From positions 131,192,001 through 131,256,000 of the forward strand of contig OZ024741.1 of the NCBI GenBank assembly GCA_964016885.1: a DNA stretch of 64,000 nt, written 5' to 3'. The position numbers were made by a program, and so were the translations under genes. The notes under the pieces were generated by a model that worked only from the letters and a program-made list of their open reading frames with translations, was not told where the DNA came from and did not search any database. This document shows positions 13,904-27,329 of this stretch, piece after piece. The stretch is from Eledone cirrhosa (lineage: Eukaryota). Position 1 is the first letter of the stretch, and every line of letters starts with the position of its first letter.

Positions 13904-14039
13904 GTGTATGTATGCGTATATGTACAGATTTGCTCAGTTATGTTCATAGTGACTATAATTATGAACATAACTGAGCAAATCAGTCATTATGGTCACCTGT
14001 GACTGATGGGACCTTCAATATATATATATATATATATAT

Positions 14040-15657
14040 AGCGTGGATAAAATTCCCTGTCTCTGTCCTTCATGGTCGCCGCCATATCCTGCGTCTCCCA
14101 GAGACCAGTGTCTGTCCTTAGGGCATCAATATATGTCAACATCGGTCTCCCTTTTCCTTTGTGTCCATGTAGGGTCTCCCACAGGAGCACTGAGTGCAAT
14201 GTCAACTTTGAATGTCGGTGAGCATGTCCAGCTAACCTCAGTCTCCTCTGTATTACTTTCGACCTGACTTTTGGGAGGCTCCCGTACAGTTCTGAGTCCT
14301 TCATCTTCAGTGTATACTGATTAATGTTCAGAACCATCCTCAGAATTTCGTGTAACACCCATCCACCATCTGAGTGAGTTTCTTGATCAGTGTCCAAGTC
14401 TCAGACCCGTACAGTAGCACAGACTGTAGCGACGAAGAGACGGATCTTCAAGTCTCTACGAAGGTCTCACTTCCACATCGATCTCAAACTGTGGCAAACC
14501 GCCCAGGCTTTGCCTTCCTCTCAACCACATCATTCTCTGTGTTCCCACTGTTTGCTCCCAGATACAGGAAGTCCTCAGCCAACTCTAGCGGCTTCCCGCT
14601 TACATTCATAATCTGAGTAAGCAGGACAGTGAAGATTCTTGCTGGTACGTTCATAACAACACCAACTGAAATAGGAGACTACCCTGCTGGTGGCGAACTT
14701 GGTGGCAACCAACCTAAGGTTTAGGAAGATTCCGGGGAAGATGTGGACCTATATATCTGATATGCACCTGTCTAAGACCCAGATTGATTTCATTCTGGTG
14801 AGGAAGAAGTGGAGGAATAATGTTTAGAACACAGAACCATACATTTATTTCTGCGGACTGGGCAGTGACCACCGGCTTGTTATGAGTGAGATCTGGGTGA
14901 GCTTAAGAAAGTGTAAGGCTCATCCCCGTAGAGCAATGACTGGGAAGCTTTCGAGAAAGATGATAAGTTACAGAAGAGATACACAGTAGAAGTGAGGGAG
15001 AGGTTCAGTGCTCTGTGTGGAGAGGCAGAGGAGACAGAGATTGGAGGGACTGAGGAGAGTGTGTCGAGGAGGTACAGGTACTTCAACAATGCAGTGACAG
15101 CACCAAATGAGGCCCTGGTGCCGAGGAGAGAGAAGAAGAGGAAGAACGTCAGCCATGCAGACCCAAAAGTGTGTGCAGCCAGATAACACATGAAAGCTGC
15201 CAAGGACCAGTTTCGTGCTGTTCCTACGGAGGTGAGGAAGGAAAATATGGAGGTGTTGAAGGAAGAACTTTGTACTGCTTACACTGAAGCCAGAGAGGAG
15301 GTGCTGATGGAGAAGATCAGAAGTGTGGACAGAGTGGTTGAAAGGTGTAAAGGTAAAGAGAGCTGGACGATCATCAACGAGATATCAGGGAGGAAGAGAG
15401 GGAGTTCGAGTCAGATCCAGCGAACAGGGCCCGATGATAGGAAAAGAAATGGTTGGACCATTTTAAGACCCTACTAGGAGAGCCGCCTTCCACAGACCAG
15501 AACACTGGGGAGATCAGACAGCTGTTTGAGGAACTGGATATTGAGACAAGTCCCTTCACCAGAGAATAGCTTCAGAGAACCAAGAAGATCAAGGAGGGCA
15601 AGGCCCATGGAGAAGAATGAGGGGTATCAAAGTTGATGAAGAGGTGGGATTTTGATT
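14040..15657. mobile_element. RTE-like LINE, decayed, with 5' inversion
   Basis: 14040-14612 minus: RT C-terminus (RRLRLAGH..GRP..TYID). 14615-15657 plus: APE end (QIDFILVRKKWRN, SDHRLV) and linker. Confidence 0.75.
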
Positions 15658-15985
15658 ATATATATATATGTGTGTGTGTGTGCGCGCGTGCGTGTGTGTG
15701 TGTTTCTTTCTTTTTTGTTTTTTCTTCTGGCTTTTTTGTCGGCCTCTTCGTTATCGTTGTGTTTCTTCCCGGATAGCTATCCATTTTAGCTATTAACGCA
15801 CTGTGGGGAAATGTAGTCTTTAATACATTCGAAACATTAGTGATCCACAGAAGACAGCCGACAAGCGGGAATTGTCCTTGAGTTTGTGTTTTCTTTGATT
15901 ACAGAATCTTAAGATATATAGACGAATTTAGATATATAGAGAAACACATTTACATACATATATACATAGACAGACGTCCGTTTGT

Positions 15986-16310
15986 GAAGGTGCGTGGCTT
16001 GGTGATGGCTTTCGGCTCATAATCATAGGATAACTAGTTCGATTCCCAGACTGGGTGGTGTGTTGAGTAGTTGAGCACGACACTATATTTCACATTGCTC
16101 CAGTCCACTTAACTGTCAAAAACGACGTGTGCCCATAATTCAAAGAACGGGTCTTGTTACACAGTGTTATGCTGAATCTTCCTGAGAACTACATTATGGG
16201 TGGCGTGAAATTTTCAGCCATTCACACTTTTGATTTAAAGATCAGGCTGTTCAGTTGTTCCAACAACTGGAACCCTCATTGTCTTAGCCGGCGGAGGTTC
16301 AACAACAAAT
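15986..16310 (+). mobile_element. tRNA-derived SINE, diverged
   Basis: A-box-like TGGCTTGGTGATGG and B-box GTTCGATTCC. Central TTGAGCA.GACACT..TTTCACATTGCTCCAGTCCAC domain; short (ACA)n tail. Confidence 0.7.
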
Positions 16311-17813
16311 TACCATAGATGTTATATAAAATGATTAGCTAAAATTACTTGCCCCACAACGTAGAGTGGCTGTTGCTGCGTGTCTCCCTCACCGTTCTCC
16401 GCGGTAATGTCTTCTCTAACCTGATGACCGGGACCACGAGACGGACTGTCCTTTAAGATATTGAATGTGGTGGTAAGAGATGGGGAATAAGTGGTAAATC
16501 TCAAAAGCCACATGCACCATTGCTGGACTGGATTAAAAGAAGAATGGTAGTATAGTCAGTAAAACTTGAAGAAATACCAGAATAACATGAGATTCATAAA
16601 AAGCTATAACTTATTTATTAATGCCTCTATCCCTCCTCCAAGAAATGGTTATCATTTTCGTCAAACGAAAAAGATACCTCTGTTATTCATATTTGTGTTT
16701 AATGTTTCGTGTTTGTTTGTTGGGTCTGCCAGAATTTTTGGGGTGGATGGATGATGAGATGAAGTAAGGGTAATGTGTAAGGAGCCGCTTAGGGTTCTTA
16801 TAGCAATCCTTATCGGCAGCACCGCCACCACATTAGAGGGTGTGTGAGGGGCGATGTCAGTCGGTGTAAGTAAAATATAACTACACGCTCCCATAGCATC
16901 GAAAACAAACTGTGAAAGCGTCGTTGAAGACGGTTGGGTTAGCGGGAGGAGCAAATGTGAGGGTGGGTGTGTGTGAAGGGGTTTATGACGTGGGGGTTGT
17001 TAAGAAGGGTCGGGGTTTTTAATTTGTATTGAGGTAGGGGGTACTTTTCGCTGTGTATGATGAACTCCTTAACAGAGACCAAGATGCGGGTGGGCGTGTG
17101 ACGGCTGGATGGATATATAGGAGCAAGACGAGGAAGATGTGTGTATGGGCTGTTATGTGTTGTTATTGTGGCGGCGGTGGTGATTTAAGGGTTTGGGCGA
17201 GAGTTGTTTATTTAGTAACAAGTAAAAATGATAGAAGAAATCTGCGAAGATTTATATTTTTCATATTTTCTTAACTATTATCTTATTTATTCTTTTCAAT
17301 AAAGGATGTAAAGGGAAAAAAAATATTCACTTGCAAAAGCAAGGGGAAAGAGGAAGAAACGACAGACTCGTCTCTCCAGTTCAGATGGTATATTTCAGCT
17401 GTGCACCGCAGACAAAGAACAGCCAGTGACACCCGCTGCATCATCCACTCCACCTCACGTGGTTCCTTCCCAAGACGGGATACACTCCCCACAATTTAGT
17501 GGAGACAAACGGCAGTTCGGAGACGGAAAACACCCGAGATCTCGACGGTGACCGGCACAAAAAAGGAAGCAATCGTTCAAGTTCTAGTATTTCGCTCTAG
17601 TATTGCAACTGGGTATATGATCAAAGCGATCGAAGTGTCAGTTTATTAAGTTGTCCTGGTTGTAGTTGTTGTAGCTGTAGGTGTAGTAATTTTTGTAATA
17701 TTAGTTAGTGGTGGTGGTTGGTATGTTGTTATTGTTGTTTAGCCCCAGTTCATGTCTGAATCTCCAGATCTGTGATCAGAAACGTCATATTTTTCACATC
17801 ATTTTAGTTAATA

Positions 17814-19053
17814 CTAGCAGAATGGCCCGGCGTTGCTCGGGATTCTAAACATAGATTGGCATGTTTATCCCTCCTTTCTGAAACAGTACAGAGAAGTACG
17901 GAATACCTCGGCTTGGGGATGGTGTCTACATTTTGTGCTTATGAAAAAAATTCGTCGTAGATTACCAGGGGTTTAACTTACTTGAGTGCCTGAGAGTAAA
18001 ATGTTCAACCCACGAAAGCCAAGACAATAGGGTTAACTAAAAAGGCATTCGACAAACCGAACATGTATTTGTTGTGCTATGGTACAATGAAAGCAATAGT
18101 TACAGAGCAGTAAGCATATGGGACTGCAGTGGTGGAGAGTGGTGTGGTCTTACTATTTTCAATGTTTCGTCGAATGTTCACCAATTGATGCAGAAGACCT
18201 AATAAAAAGTGAAGTCGCCTTGGGTGAATAGGCAAATAATTTTCCATTAAAATTTTTCAAAAGCAATTAATTGCGTTCCCTCTCTTTTTTGTTGTTGTTT
18301 TTGCTGCTGTTGGTGTGAGAGCAGCCGTTGGTCGTACTACTAACACAGTCTCGTCCTTCTTCAGCCAATCGTGTAAATCCCCTTCTGCCTCGTCTACCTA
18401 AAAAATTATTGTAGCACCTCCTAAAAGCAGGATGAAGTACACTAAGACTAACTGGTAGAGTAAGAAGTAAACTCGTCAGTGATGCATGTGATTTCCGAAC
18501 CGTTGGCTATGTAATCGCTGGTCTTGTTTGTTTATATTTTGTTTTTGTGTATGCAAAAATATCTGTACACGAATATATATATTAAAATAACAGATTAAAG
18601 TTTAAGCGAAGAATCGCTGCTTTCACCCTTAACGGGATCTTCTGAAACTAAAAAAATCAATCTGTGAACGCAGAAGTAAATATTTAGAAAAAACGTTACA
18701 CACTATATATATATATCTACACACACACACTATATATACATATATACACACACACACAGATAGTATCATAATGTAATGCAGGCATACAGACAGATATTAT
18801 AAGGGCGCGACGTCATAGCTATGTATCTATCTAAAAAGACAGACTAAGAAAGACAGAGAGAGATCGCTTTTTCGCCTAATGCAGTCCCTAGGGCATTGAA
18901 AATTTGAAATATCTTTTGCTCAAAACACTCACACGACCATAAGGATTACATGTCTAAAGTTTGAAAAAAATCGGTTGGGTGGTTCTCTAGATTTAGGGAG
19001 TCAGACTGACAAGCATACAGACAGACAGACATTCCCTGTTTTAGATATATAGA
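17814..19053 (-). mobile_element. Non-autonomous Helitron
   Basis: Minus strand A|TCTATATATCTAAAAC..(TGTC)n at the 5' end and CCCGAGCAACGCCGGG hairpin ..CTAG|T at the 3' end. Inserted between A and T with no TSD. Confidence 0.8.
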
Positions 19054-19100
19054 TATTTAAGACTATATTATCCCCTGTTATAACGTGTTTTCATTTTCAA

Positions 19101-19187
19101 AATAATTGTTTCTACTTTTGGCACAAGCAATTATCCCAGTGCATTACTGGTACTTTATTTTCTCGACCCCGTAAGGATGAAAGGCAA
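19101..19187 (-). mobile_element. SINE 3' fragment
   Basis: Nearly identical to 6251-6346. Confidence 0.75.
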
Positions 19188-20019
19188 AAAGGTGTGGTTT
19201 GAGGTACATTATTTGGTTGCTATTTCGAGTTAGCTGAGTTATGATTAAAGGTGTTTCAGATCTCATTGTCATAGTATTATCTTGGACTTCTTTTATTTTT
19301 GACAGTGTGATTTATGGAAGATTTGATTGCTATTTCCAGCAGCTTTGGTGCCAATGGTTTGCTGACTGTTGTTAGAGGTGGTTCTTTTTAAAATAATGTG
19401 CTGTCATATTCTCACAATAGTAGCAATAATGGTGGTTATGGGGATCAAATACAGTCCAACTAGGACCACCGCGTCTTTTATTGAAGCCTGGTATATCTAG
19501 CACCACACTCAGTGTGTTCTTCCTTTCTTTTAAGAGAGTAGGGTGTGAAATGATGGAAACTTGACTGCTATTTTAGTACTTTAAGTGACCACCTAAGAGG
19601 AGCAAGGGACCATCTTTAATATCGGGATTGAATTACAAGTACATAAGCACCTGTGGTGTGCATTTCTACTAAGAAAAAAGAAAATATATTCCTTTAGTTA
19701 GTCATTAGATTGCACCTACACTGCAGCACCGCGATGATTTAGTCGATATGTAGATAGCATCAGCAATGAAAATACAAACGGAAGCAGAGTCTCTTTGATC
19801 GAATGTGTGTAGCCGCCTCTTTTGATGCCTATATGAATTTGAGAAACGTTTTAATGAATTCTATATTTTTAATGACTAAGTTCACCTTTGTCAGGATTAA
19901 AATGTGTTCGATTAAATGTATCCCGAATACTAATAGATGGCATTTGCTGCGACATCTGAACAATTATGTGATATATCACCTTTGTAAGAACAATATATAA
20001 TAGGTACCAGTAATTGGTT

Positions 20020-20160
20020 TAGGAGCGTCGATGTGGCAGAGTTGTTAGAGCATTGGATATTTATTCTAGCTGTCTGCGTTCTAAGGTCAAATTCCGCCGT
20101 GATCCACTTTGCCTTTCATTTGGTGCTCGGTATAGAAAATACTAGCCTAATACTGGAGCA
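20020..20160 (+). mobile_element. SINE, diverged
   Basis: TGGCAGAGTTGTTAG A-box; GTCAAATTCCGCC..CACTTTGCCTTTCAT. Confidence 0.6.
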
Positions 20161-20265
20161 GACCTTTCTCCTTCTACCAGTCATATACTTGATGTACCAC
20201 TGGATCGGGGGAGAAAAGGTCAAAAGGGTGTTTATGTCAGTTCAAGACTGCATGGACACCTAAAC

Positions 20266-20576
20266 CAGAGGTTCACAAAGCGGGCGCTACCACCCACCGG
20301 GGGGGGGGGGGGCTAAGGGGATGGTACAGATGATATAATAGTATATTAAATATCAAATGATACATATATATAAATATAGTAAAATAAAAATATATAATAT
20401 TTCTTTATACATAGTATATATATTATTTATTATATATGAATTAACGATTTTATTTATTATCTATTTACAATTTGCATTTGGATAGGTCTCACTGGAAATA
20501 GTGTTGGGGGGAGTGGCACTGAGGGTATTACGTGGCTGTGTAGGGAGTGATGGCCAAAAAAGTTTGAGAACTTCTG
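20266..20576. mobile_element. hAT (Charlie-like) MITE
   Basis: TIRs CAGAGGTTCACAAA / TTTGAGAACTTCTG (12 of 14 match), subterminal G/C runs, degenerate 8-bp flanks. Confidence 0.7.
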
Positions 20577-20904
20577 TCCTTAGCAAAGTCATACTAATTT
20601 GCATGTGACGGGTGTAATTTATTTATTTTCTTTAGCTTAGCTAAGATACGTTTGTAGAGCCGAGATTAAAGCAAGGTGAAACTAAACACGGATTCAACAT
20701 TAGCGAGATTTGAACTCAGATCGTGAAGGGAAGTAAACAAATAACGCAAAATATTTTTCAGTCCGGTGCTCTACGATACTTCTATCACATTTACTATAGA
20801 GGAGTGAGATAAACTTAACTTTCATAACTTTGATAGATCACAGCCAGTGTTGGCTCAGGCCATGTCTAATAGAACCACCTGCTGAAGTCTTTCCGAATAT
20901 GGGT

Positions 20905-21399
20905 TCACAACGTAGTCATTATTTTGGACAGCGTGGCCCACTCAATTAAAAAGTTGTTGGTTTGAGAGACATATACGGATATAGGAAGTTTATACAGGAT
21001 TTCTTGGAAGAATTTGTCCAGGAAACTTTTAAATGTTATGGAATCTGTTTCTGTCTTGGTGTATTTCGTAATGATATTAAAGAGAGCGAGCCTAGTTGAT
21101 ATGGAGAAGTTGTGTCAAATGGTTGCTAATAAGATGCGAGTTTGATTTTTGTAGTGGGCTGATAACAAAAGGACCTAGTAATTAGAGGTGATGCCAACAA
21201 CATTTAGGCAATATTGATGGAATATTTTCCGTATCATGCAGGTTATGTAGCACGCACGGCAGCGTCGGACAGAGTAGAGTTTGAGTCAAGTCGACCCAAA
21301 TAGATATGGTTTGTCATACCGTTTATCTTTTTTGTAATTGATCTCAACAGTGCTTCAATTTTCATAAGATCTAATGTGAACTGTAATAAAATAACCAGA

Positions 21400-21400
<1 letters not shown>
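20905..21400 (-). mobile_element. Decayed CR1/Jockey-group LINE 3' fragment
   Basis: Remnant reading frames KIEALLRSITKKINGM and DSITFKSFLDKFFQEI resemble CR1-type C-termini (recalled). Confidence 0.5.
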
Positions 21401-21460
<60 letters not shown>

Positions 21461-21464
<4 letters not shown>

Positions 21465-21820
21465 AGGAAAAAAGATGAAATCGAAAATGCAACTGGAGTC
21501 TTATTTAAAAAAAATATATATATATTTATTTGGTTCCTTAACCAGTTTCGCAGTTCTTCTGCTTTTCAAAAGTAGAGTTGAGATGGAGGGTCTGTGGTTT
21601 TTCTCACATCTGAGAAAAACCACAGACCCTCCATCTCAACTCTACTTTGAAAAGCAGAAGAACTGCGAAACCGGTAAAGGAACCAAATAAATATATATAT
21701 ATTTTTTTTAATAAGACTCCAGTTGCATTTTTGATTTCATCTTTTTTCCTTATACTTTCACTCGTATAGGACACCTCGGTTATTTTTCATTTTGTAAAAA
21801 AAACCTCACTTTCTAATAAT
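21461..21820. mobile_element. Fold-back PLE 3' fragment (arms 21461-21606 and 21611-21754)
   Basis: ~145-bp inverted repeat with 4-nt loop CATC, hammerhead in both arms, (TA)n flanks. Confidence 0.85.
21645..21680 (+). ncRNA. Minimal hammerhead-like motif, U3:A8 core (mirror 21536-21572)
   Basis: TTGAAAA-GCAG-aagaa-CTGC-GAAA-CCGG-TA; stem I weak. Confidence 0.65.
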
Positions 21821-21830
21821 ATATATATAT

Positions 21831-22245
21831 ATATATATGAATGTATATATAGTGTATTTTGCAATACACTGTATGCTTAATTAAAAGCATTTAGAAGACC
21901 TTACGCTATTGTTTTAGAGTAGTGACAGTCTCACTTACTTTAAATTTTCAGCAAACAGGAGAGATAAAGCTGACATAGCTCTGTTTCGTACTGATTGGTA
22001 CTTATCAAAGGCAAGTACATGGAGTACTTGGCTTTGATAAGTACAAATCAGTACCAAACAGAGCTCTGTCAGCTTTATCTCCTCTGTTTGCTGAACATTT
22101 AAAGTAAGTGAGACTGTCACTACTCTAAAACAATAGCGTAAGGTCTTCGAAATGCATTTAATTAAGCATACCGTGTATTGCAAAATACACTATATATACA
22201 TTCATATATATATCGCTATTTCAGAGCACCAATTCTAACTTTCAT
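21831..22245. mobile_element. Fold-back PLE 3' fragment (arms ~21831-22018 and 22024-22213)
   Basis: ~190-bp inverted repeat with a 5-nt loop and (TA)n flanks. Confidence 0.85.
22031..22073 (+). ncRNA. Hammerhead motif, U3:A8 core (mirror 21969-22011 retains GAAA)
   Basis: GCT-TTGATAA-GTAC-aaatca-GTAC-(G/C)AAA-CAGAGCTCTG-TC-AGC. Confidence 0.75.
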
Positions 22246-22259
22246 ATATATATATATAG

Positions 22260-22880
22260 TGAAAAATTGAACGGGAACAAAACAGAGAGGCAGTACGAAC
22301 AAAGGTTTATTAATTCACGCTCTTGAGAGTGGGGTGGTGTTGGGGAACGACGTTTCGGGCATAAGCCCTTCTTCAGGTGAAAAGTGTGTGGGAAGAGAGT
22401 TCAAAGAGTGTGTAGGGGAGTGGTGGAGAGACATATAGCAAAAAGGGGGTGGGAGGAAACGGTGCAAATGAAATTAAATATAAAGGCATGATCAAAATAA
22501 AATTAAAATGGGGTAAAACAGGTGGGGGAAGGGTGTGGGGCGTGTAGGGGTGGTGGCGGGTGGAGTGGGGAGAGGGAGACGGGTTTTCCGAGCGGGGAGG
22601 GCTGAAGGTGGTGTGTGTGTGTAGGTGTACGTGTGTGCGTGTGTGTGTGGATAGAGGGGTGGGGAGAGAGGATTCCGGAGGCTGAATGTGTAAATATGTG
22701 GTGGTACGCACGTGTGTGTGTGGTGTTTATGCGTGTTGTGGATGTAGGTGGCGTGTGGGAAAAAAAATGTGTTGGGGTGTGTGTCTGGGGTGGGTCGTAA
22801 AGGTAATTCCGTAAAAAGATGTGGTGGAATGCTGAGTAAAATCCTGGGATGCGGTAGATTCTCGGGATCAAGGTTCACAT
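22260..22880 (-). mobile_element. PLE 3' fragment
   Basis: Canonical PLE hammerhead followed by AATAAA near a (TA)n end; C/A-rich UTR-like strand. Confidence 0.6.
22348..22379 (-). ncRNA. Canonical minimal PLE hammerhead
   Basis: CTGAAGA-AGGGC-ttat-GCCC-GAAA-CG-TC. Confidence 0.85.
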
Positions 22881-22896
22881 ATGTGGTGGTGGTGGA

Positions 22897-25800
22897 TATG
22901 ATCGACATTGTATTTACAAGGTCCCTTGTCATTGTGGATTGCAAGGTAGAACGTATCATAGGATACCGATCTAATACGATGTTGCAACGATGAGGTGTGT
23001 ATGTTGATGTGAATTTTGGTGGTGGTGATGGTGATGTGTGCGGCATGATATACAAATGTGGGCTTAGAAATAGTTACATGGAGTACAATACAATAAGTTC
23101 ATTGAGGTGGGCGATGTTGAGACGGGGTATATGTGGTTATTAATATGGTGTGTCATGGTTAGTGTGATTTTTGGTGTGGGTTGTGTATGCGGCATGATAT
23201 ACAAAATACGGGCTTACATATGGTTAAATGCAATACAATAAAATAAGATAAAGTAAAGTAAGATTAGAATTAAAATTCGTTGAGATGAGCGATGGTGATA
23301 CGGGGCAGATGTGGTTATTATTATGGTGGGTCATGGTTAGTGCGTGGCCCTCCCGCGAAAGTTTGTGCAGAAAAGGTGTTCATCCTAGTGTGTCAGCAAT
23401 TGACAATTATGTCCGACCTATAGTTTATGGCGGAATTTAGTTTAATTATTCCGCCGCCTCAGCTAGGCATAATCTGCAGTGGTTTCTGTCACTGGGGATA
23501 TATGCCACACGTCTTTTTACTGACCACAAAATCTGGGGTTCAATATTCCTGTCCTTGAGGTCCCAGATCAATTTCATCAGGAGGATCCGTTGGAGGGCCT
23601 ACCATTACAACAACATGAGGGCCCCTGGATCAATTGACAATCCCACCAACCACATAAAAAGACTTTTCAAATCAACGAAAAACCCACCGGACAACCCACT
23701 CCTTGAGGAGTTTGAGAGCAGGATCATTACCATGATCCGGACAATTAAATTCAGGAAACCACCGCGAAACCCTGACAGAAGTGCATTCCTGTCCGGGCTC
23801 GCCTCAACCTTAAAAAGGATCAAAAATAGCACTGGAATTATTGTACCAGAGGATAAAACTGGAAACCTATATAATTTAGAGTACAAAACCTACAAACGAA
23901 ATCTCTAAAATATACAAAACATCAACACGAGAAAACCTAGCTCACATAAACAAACAGGCGAAAACAATAATGACCGAACTGAGTATTGACGACAGGACCT
24001 TTCCTTACAACCCTAGGACACCGAGACTATCCATTAAAGACCATAAACCGGACTTCCAGTCAAAACTACCGGTCAGGCTCATAGCCCCTTCCAAATCGGA
24101 CCTTGGTAGACTTAGCAAATCAATCATTGACCGAATTTTACCTGAACTTAAGATTAGAACTAAACTCAGCCTATGGTCTTGTACAAAGGAGGTAATAGAC
24201 TGATTTTGTGCCATTGAAACTAAGTCGAATGTTCGATTAGTCCAATTGCACATTACGAACTACTACGCATCTTATCCCCAATCATCCTTAACAAGGCACT
24301 GATCTCAGCCATGAACAGATCAAGCCTCACTAGAAGAGAAGTAGACATAATAATAACAGCTAGGAAAACTTTACTAGAATTCGACGGAAAATTTTGGGAA
24401 CGACAGAATAGACCAGATAGCTTCGACATCACCATGGGATCGACTGACTCGGCACAGGTTACAGATGTAGTAGGCATATACCTCCTAAACATATTAACGG
24501 ACGAGATCCCCTCCTTGGGCGGTGGCTTATACCGGGATGATGCCCTACTATTGACCCGTGGACTTAATAACAGCCAATTGAATAGAATACACAAACGACT
24601 TAGGTACATCTTTAAGACTCAAGGTTTAGCAGTAGAAATTGAACCTAACAATAGGACAGTTAACTTCTTAGACGTCACCCTAGAATTAGACTCAGGCCTC
24701 TACCATCCATACCACAAACCTAATGAAAATCTTAGATACGTCAATAGACTCCAACCACCCTAAGAGCATAATTAACTCTATAGTTAAAAGCGTCTCCAAC
24801 AGAGTGTCCACACTGTCGGCTAACGAAAACATCTTCAAGCAGCATGCGGAATACTACGACTCTGCACTTATAAACGCTGGTTATACTGAGAAGATTTCTT
24901 ACATCGACCCAAATAGAACCGTAACACAGCTAAACATAGCAGGACCCTTAGAAACGAACTTAGAAGAGACCTCCACACATAGGACACACAATAACCTGAG
25001 ACGCCCCCTAGCCGGCAGCGCAGACAGCACCACACATAACTGTCTAGGAGATAAAGCCATACTCTCCAGCCCCAATAACAACTCCGACTATCGCACACGT
25101 TTGCGTACCAATAGAGACAAGGGACATAACGCCAATAGATTACCTGGAACCTACTTGAAACATACGCCTCACCAAAACATACACAAAGTACCACCCAACC
25201 ACAAAAACCTCACTAAACAACGCATAAACCGAAGTAGACCTGTCACGTGGTATAAACCCCCCCCCCCCTATTCTATACACGCCGCCACTAACATACCGGG
25301 AACCTTTTTCAGGGCTCTCGAACAATCTTTTCCACACACACACAAATACCACAAGCTCTTCAATAGACACACCGTAAAATTCTCATTCTCCACAGCACCA
25401 AACCTAGGCCACACAATAGCACACACTAATAGGGCAAAAATACAAAAACACATGGTTTCCCCTCAACAAACCACCACCACAACCAAGAACGAAACCACAC
25501 ACACAACACAACACAACAACACACACACCACACCAACACCAAATGACACCAACCGCCATCGTGCCACCGCACCGGTTACACCCAAATGCAACTGCAAAAA
25601 ACGAGCCGAAAGCCCACTAAACGGGGAGTGCCTCGTTAAGAATATTGTTTACCGGTGCGATGTCACAGCCGACAATAAGGAGTACTCATATATAGGTGCG
25701 ACATCCACTACGTTTAAGGAGCGATGGTATAACCACAGAGGCTCCTTCAAACATAGATCGAAACGACCCCAAACAAAGGACAGGGATATTGAACCCCAGA

Positions 25801-27284
25801 TTTCGTGGTCAGTAAAAAGACGCGTGGCATATATCCCCAGTGACAGAAACCACTGCAGATTATGCCTAGCTGAAGCGGCGGAATAATTAAACTAAATTCC
25901 GCCATAAACTATAGGTCGGACATAATTGTCAATTGCAGACACACTAGGATGAACACCTTTTCTGCACAAACTTTCGCGGGAGGGCCACGCACTAACCATG
26001 ACCCACCATAATAATAACCACATCTGCCCCGTATCACCATCGCTCATCTCAACGAATTTTAATTCTAATCTTACTTTACTTTATCTTATTTTATTGTATT
26101 GCATTTAACCATATGTAAGCCCGTATTTTGTATATCATGCCGCATACATAACCCACACCAAAAATCACACTAACCATAACACACCATATTAATAACCACA
26201 TATACCCCGTCTCAAAATCGCCCACCTCATGGAACTTATTGTATTGTACTCCATGTAACCATTTCTAAGCCCGCATTTGTATATCATGCCGCACACATCA
26301 CCATCACCACCACCAAAATTCACATCAACATACACACCTCATCGTTGCAACATCGTATTAGATCGGTATCCTATGATACGTTCTACCTTGCAATCCACAA
26401 TGACAAGGGACCTTGTAAATACAATGTCGATCATATCACACCACCACACCACACATCGTCATATGCCTACCATACACACCTACAACCTCATCCCCCCGTG
26501 TTCCCTCTGTCTACCCTAGCCTATAATCCCACACTAAATTCGACCCTGTAATTGTACTGTCGCACGCACACTCAACCACCGCCACCACTAGATACATCCA
26601 AATACCTCAACAATCATTATCATTAACATCATCAACACATATCCCCCCTCGCTCCCAGATCGACTGTATTATATACCCCCCACCCCCCGTCTGCCTTACC
26701 CTATAACACACCGTAACCTCTGATCATGTAATCATCTTGTCGAACATATCACCCCAGCACCACCACCATCACCATGTCCACAACACACATCGCCGTACGT
26801 CCATAAACACCTTTTAACCGGTATTCGATCCTGTGTATATATATTTTTGTCCCTCACAACTCCACCACAAAACACAACTCCACCACAAAACACAACTCCA
26901 TACTTCACCAACACCGACAACACATACCTCCACTCCCCAACCAACAATAGCGTGTGTGTCGGTGTGTAAGTATTCTTACACATACGGACGTATGAGTGTG
27001 CGTGCGTGTACGCATAGTTATTGTATATGTGTGTGTGTATGTGAGCGCAGGTGTATATATGTGTGTATGTGTGGGTACGTATCTGTATATATATATATGT
27101 GTATGTGTATGCGTATGTGTGTGTGTGTCTATATGTATGTGTATGTATGTGTGTATATGTGCACGTCTACATATATGTATATGGGTGAATCTGACTATAT
27201 GTGTAGGTGAGCTCATGTACGTGCATGTATGTGTATATGTGCGTGTATATCTGTGTGTTGTCTGTACATGTGTGTGTGTATATG

Positions 27285-27329
<45 letters not shown>

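Noticed and set aside
15986-16060. tRNA gene
   Set aside because: It has A/B boxes but no complete cloverleaf and continues into a SINE body.
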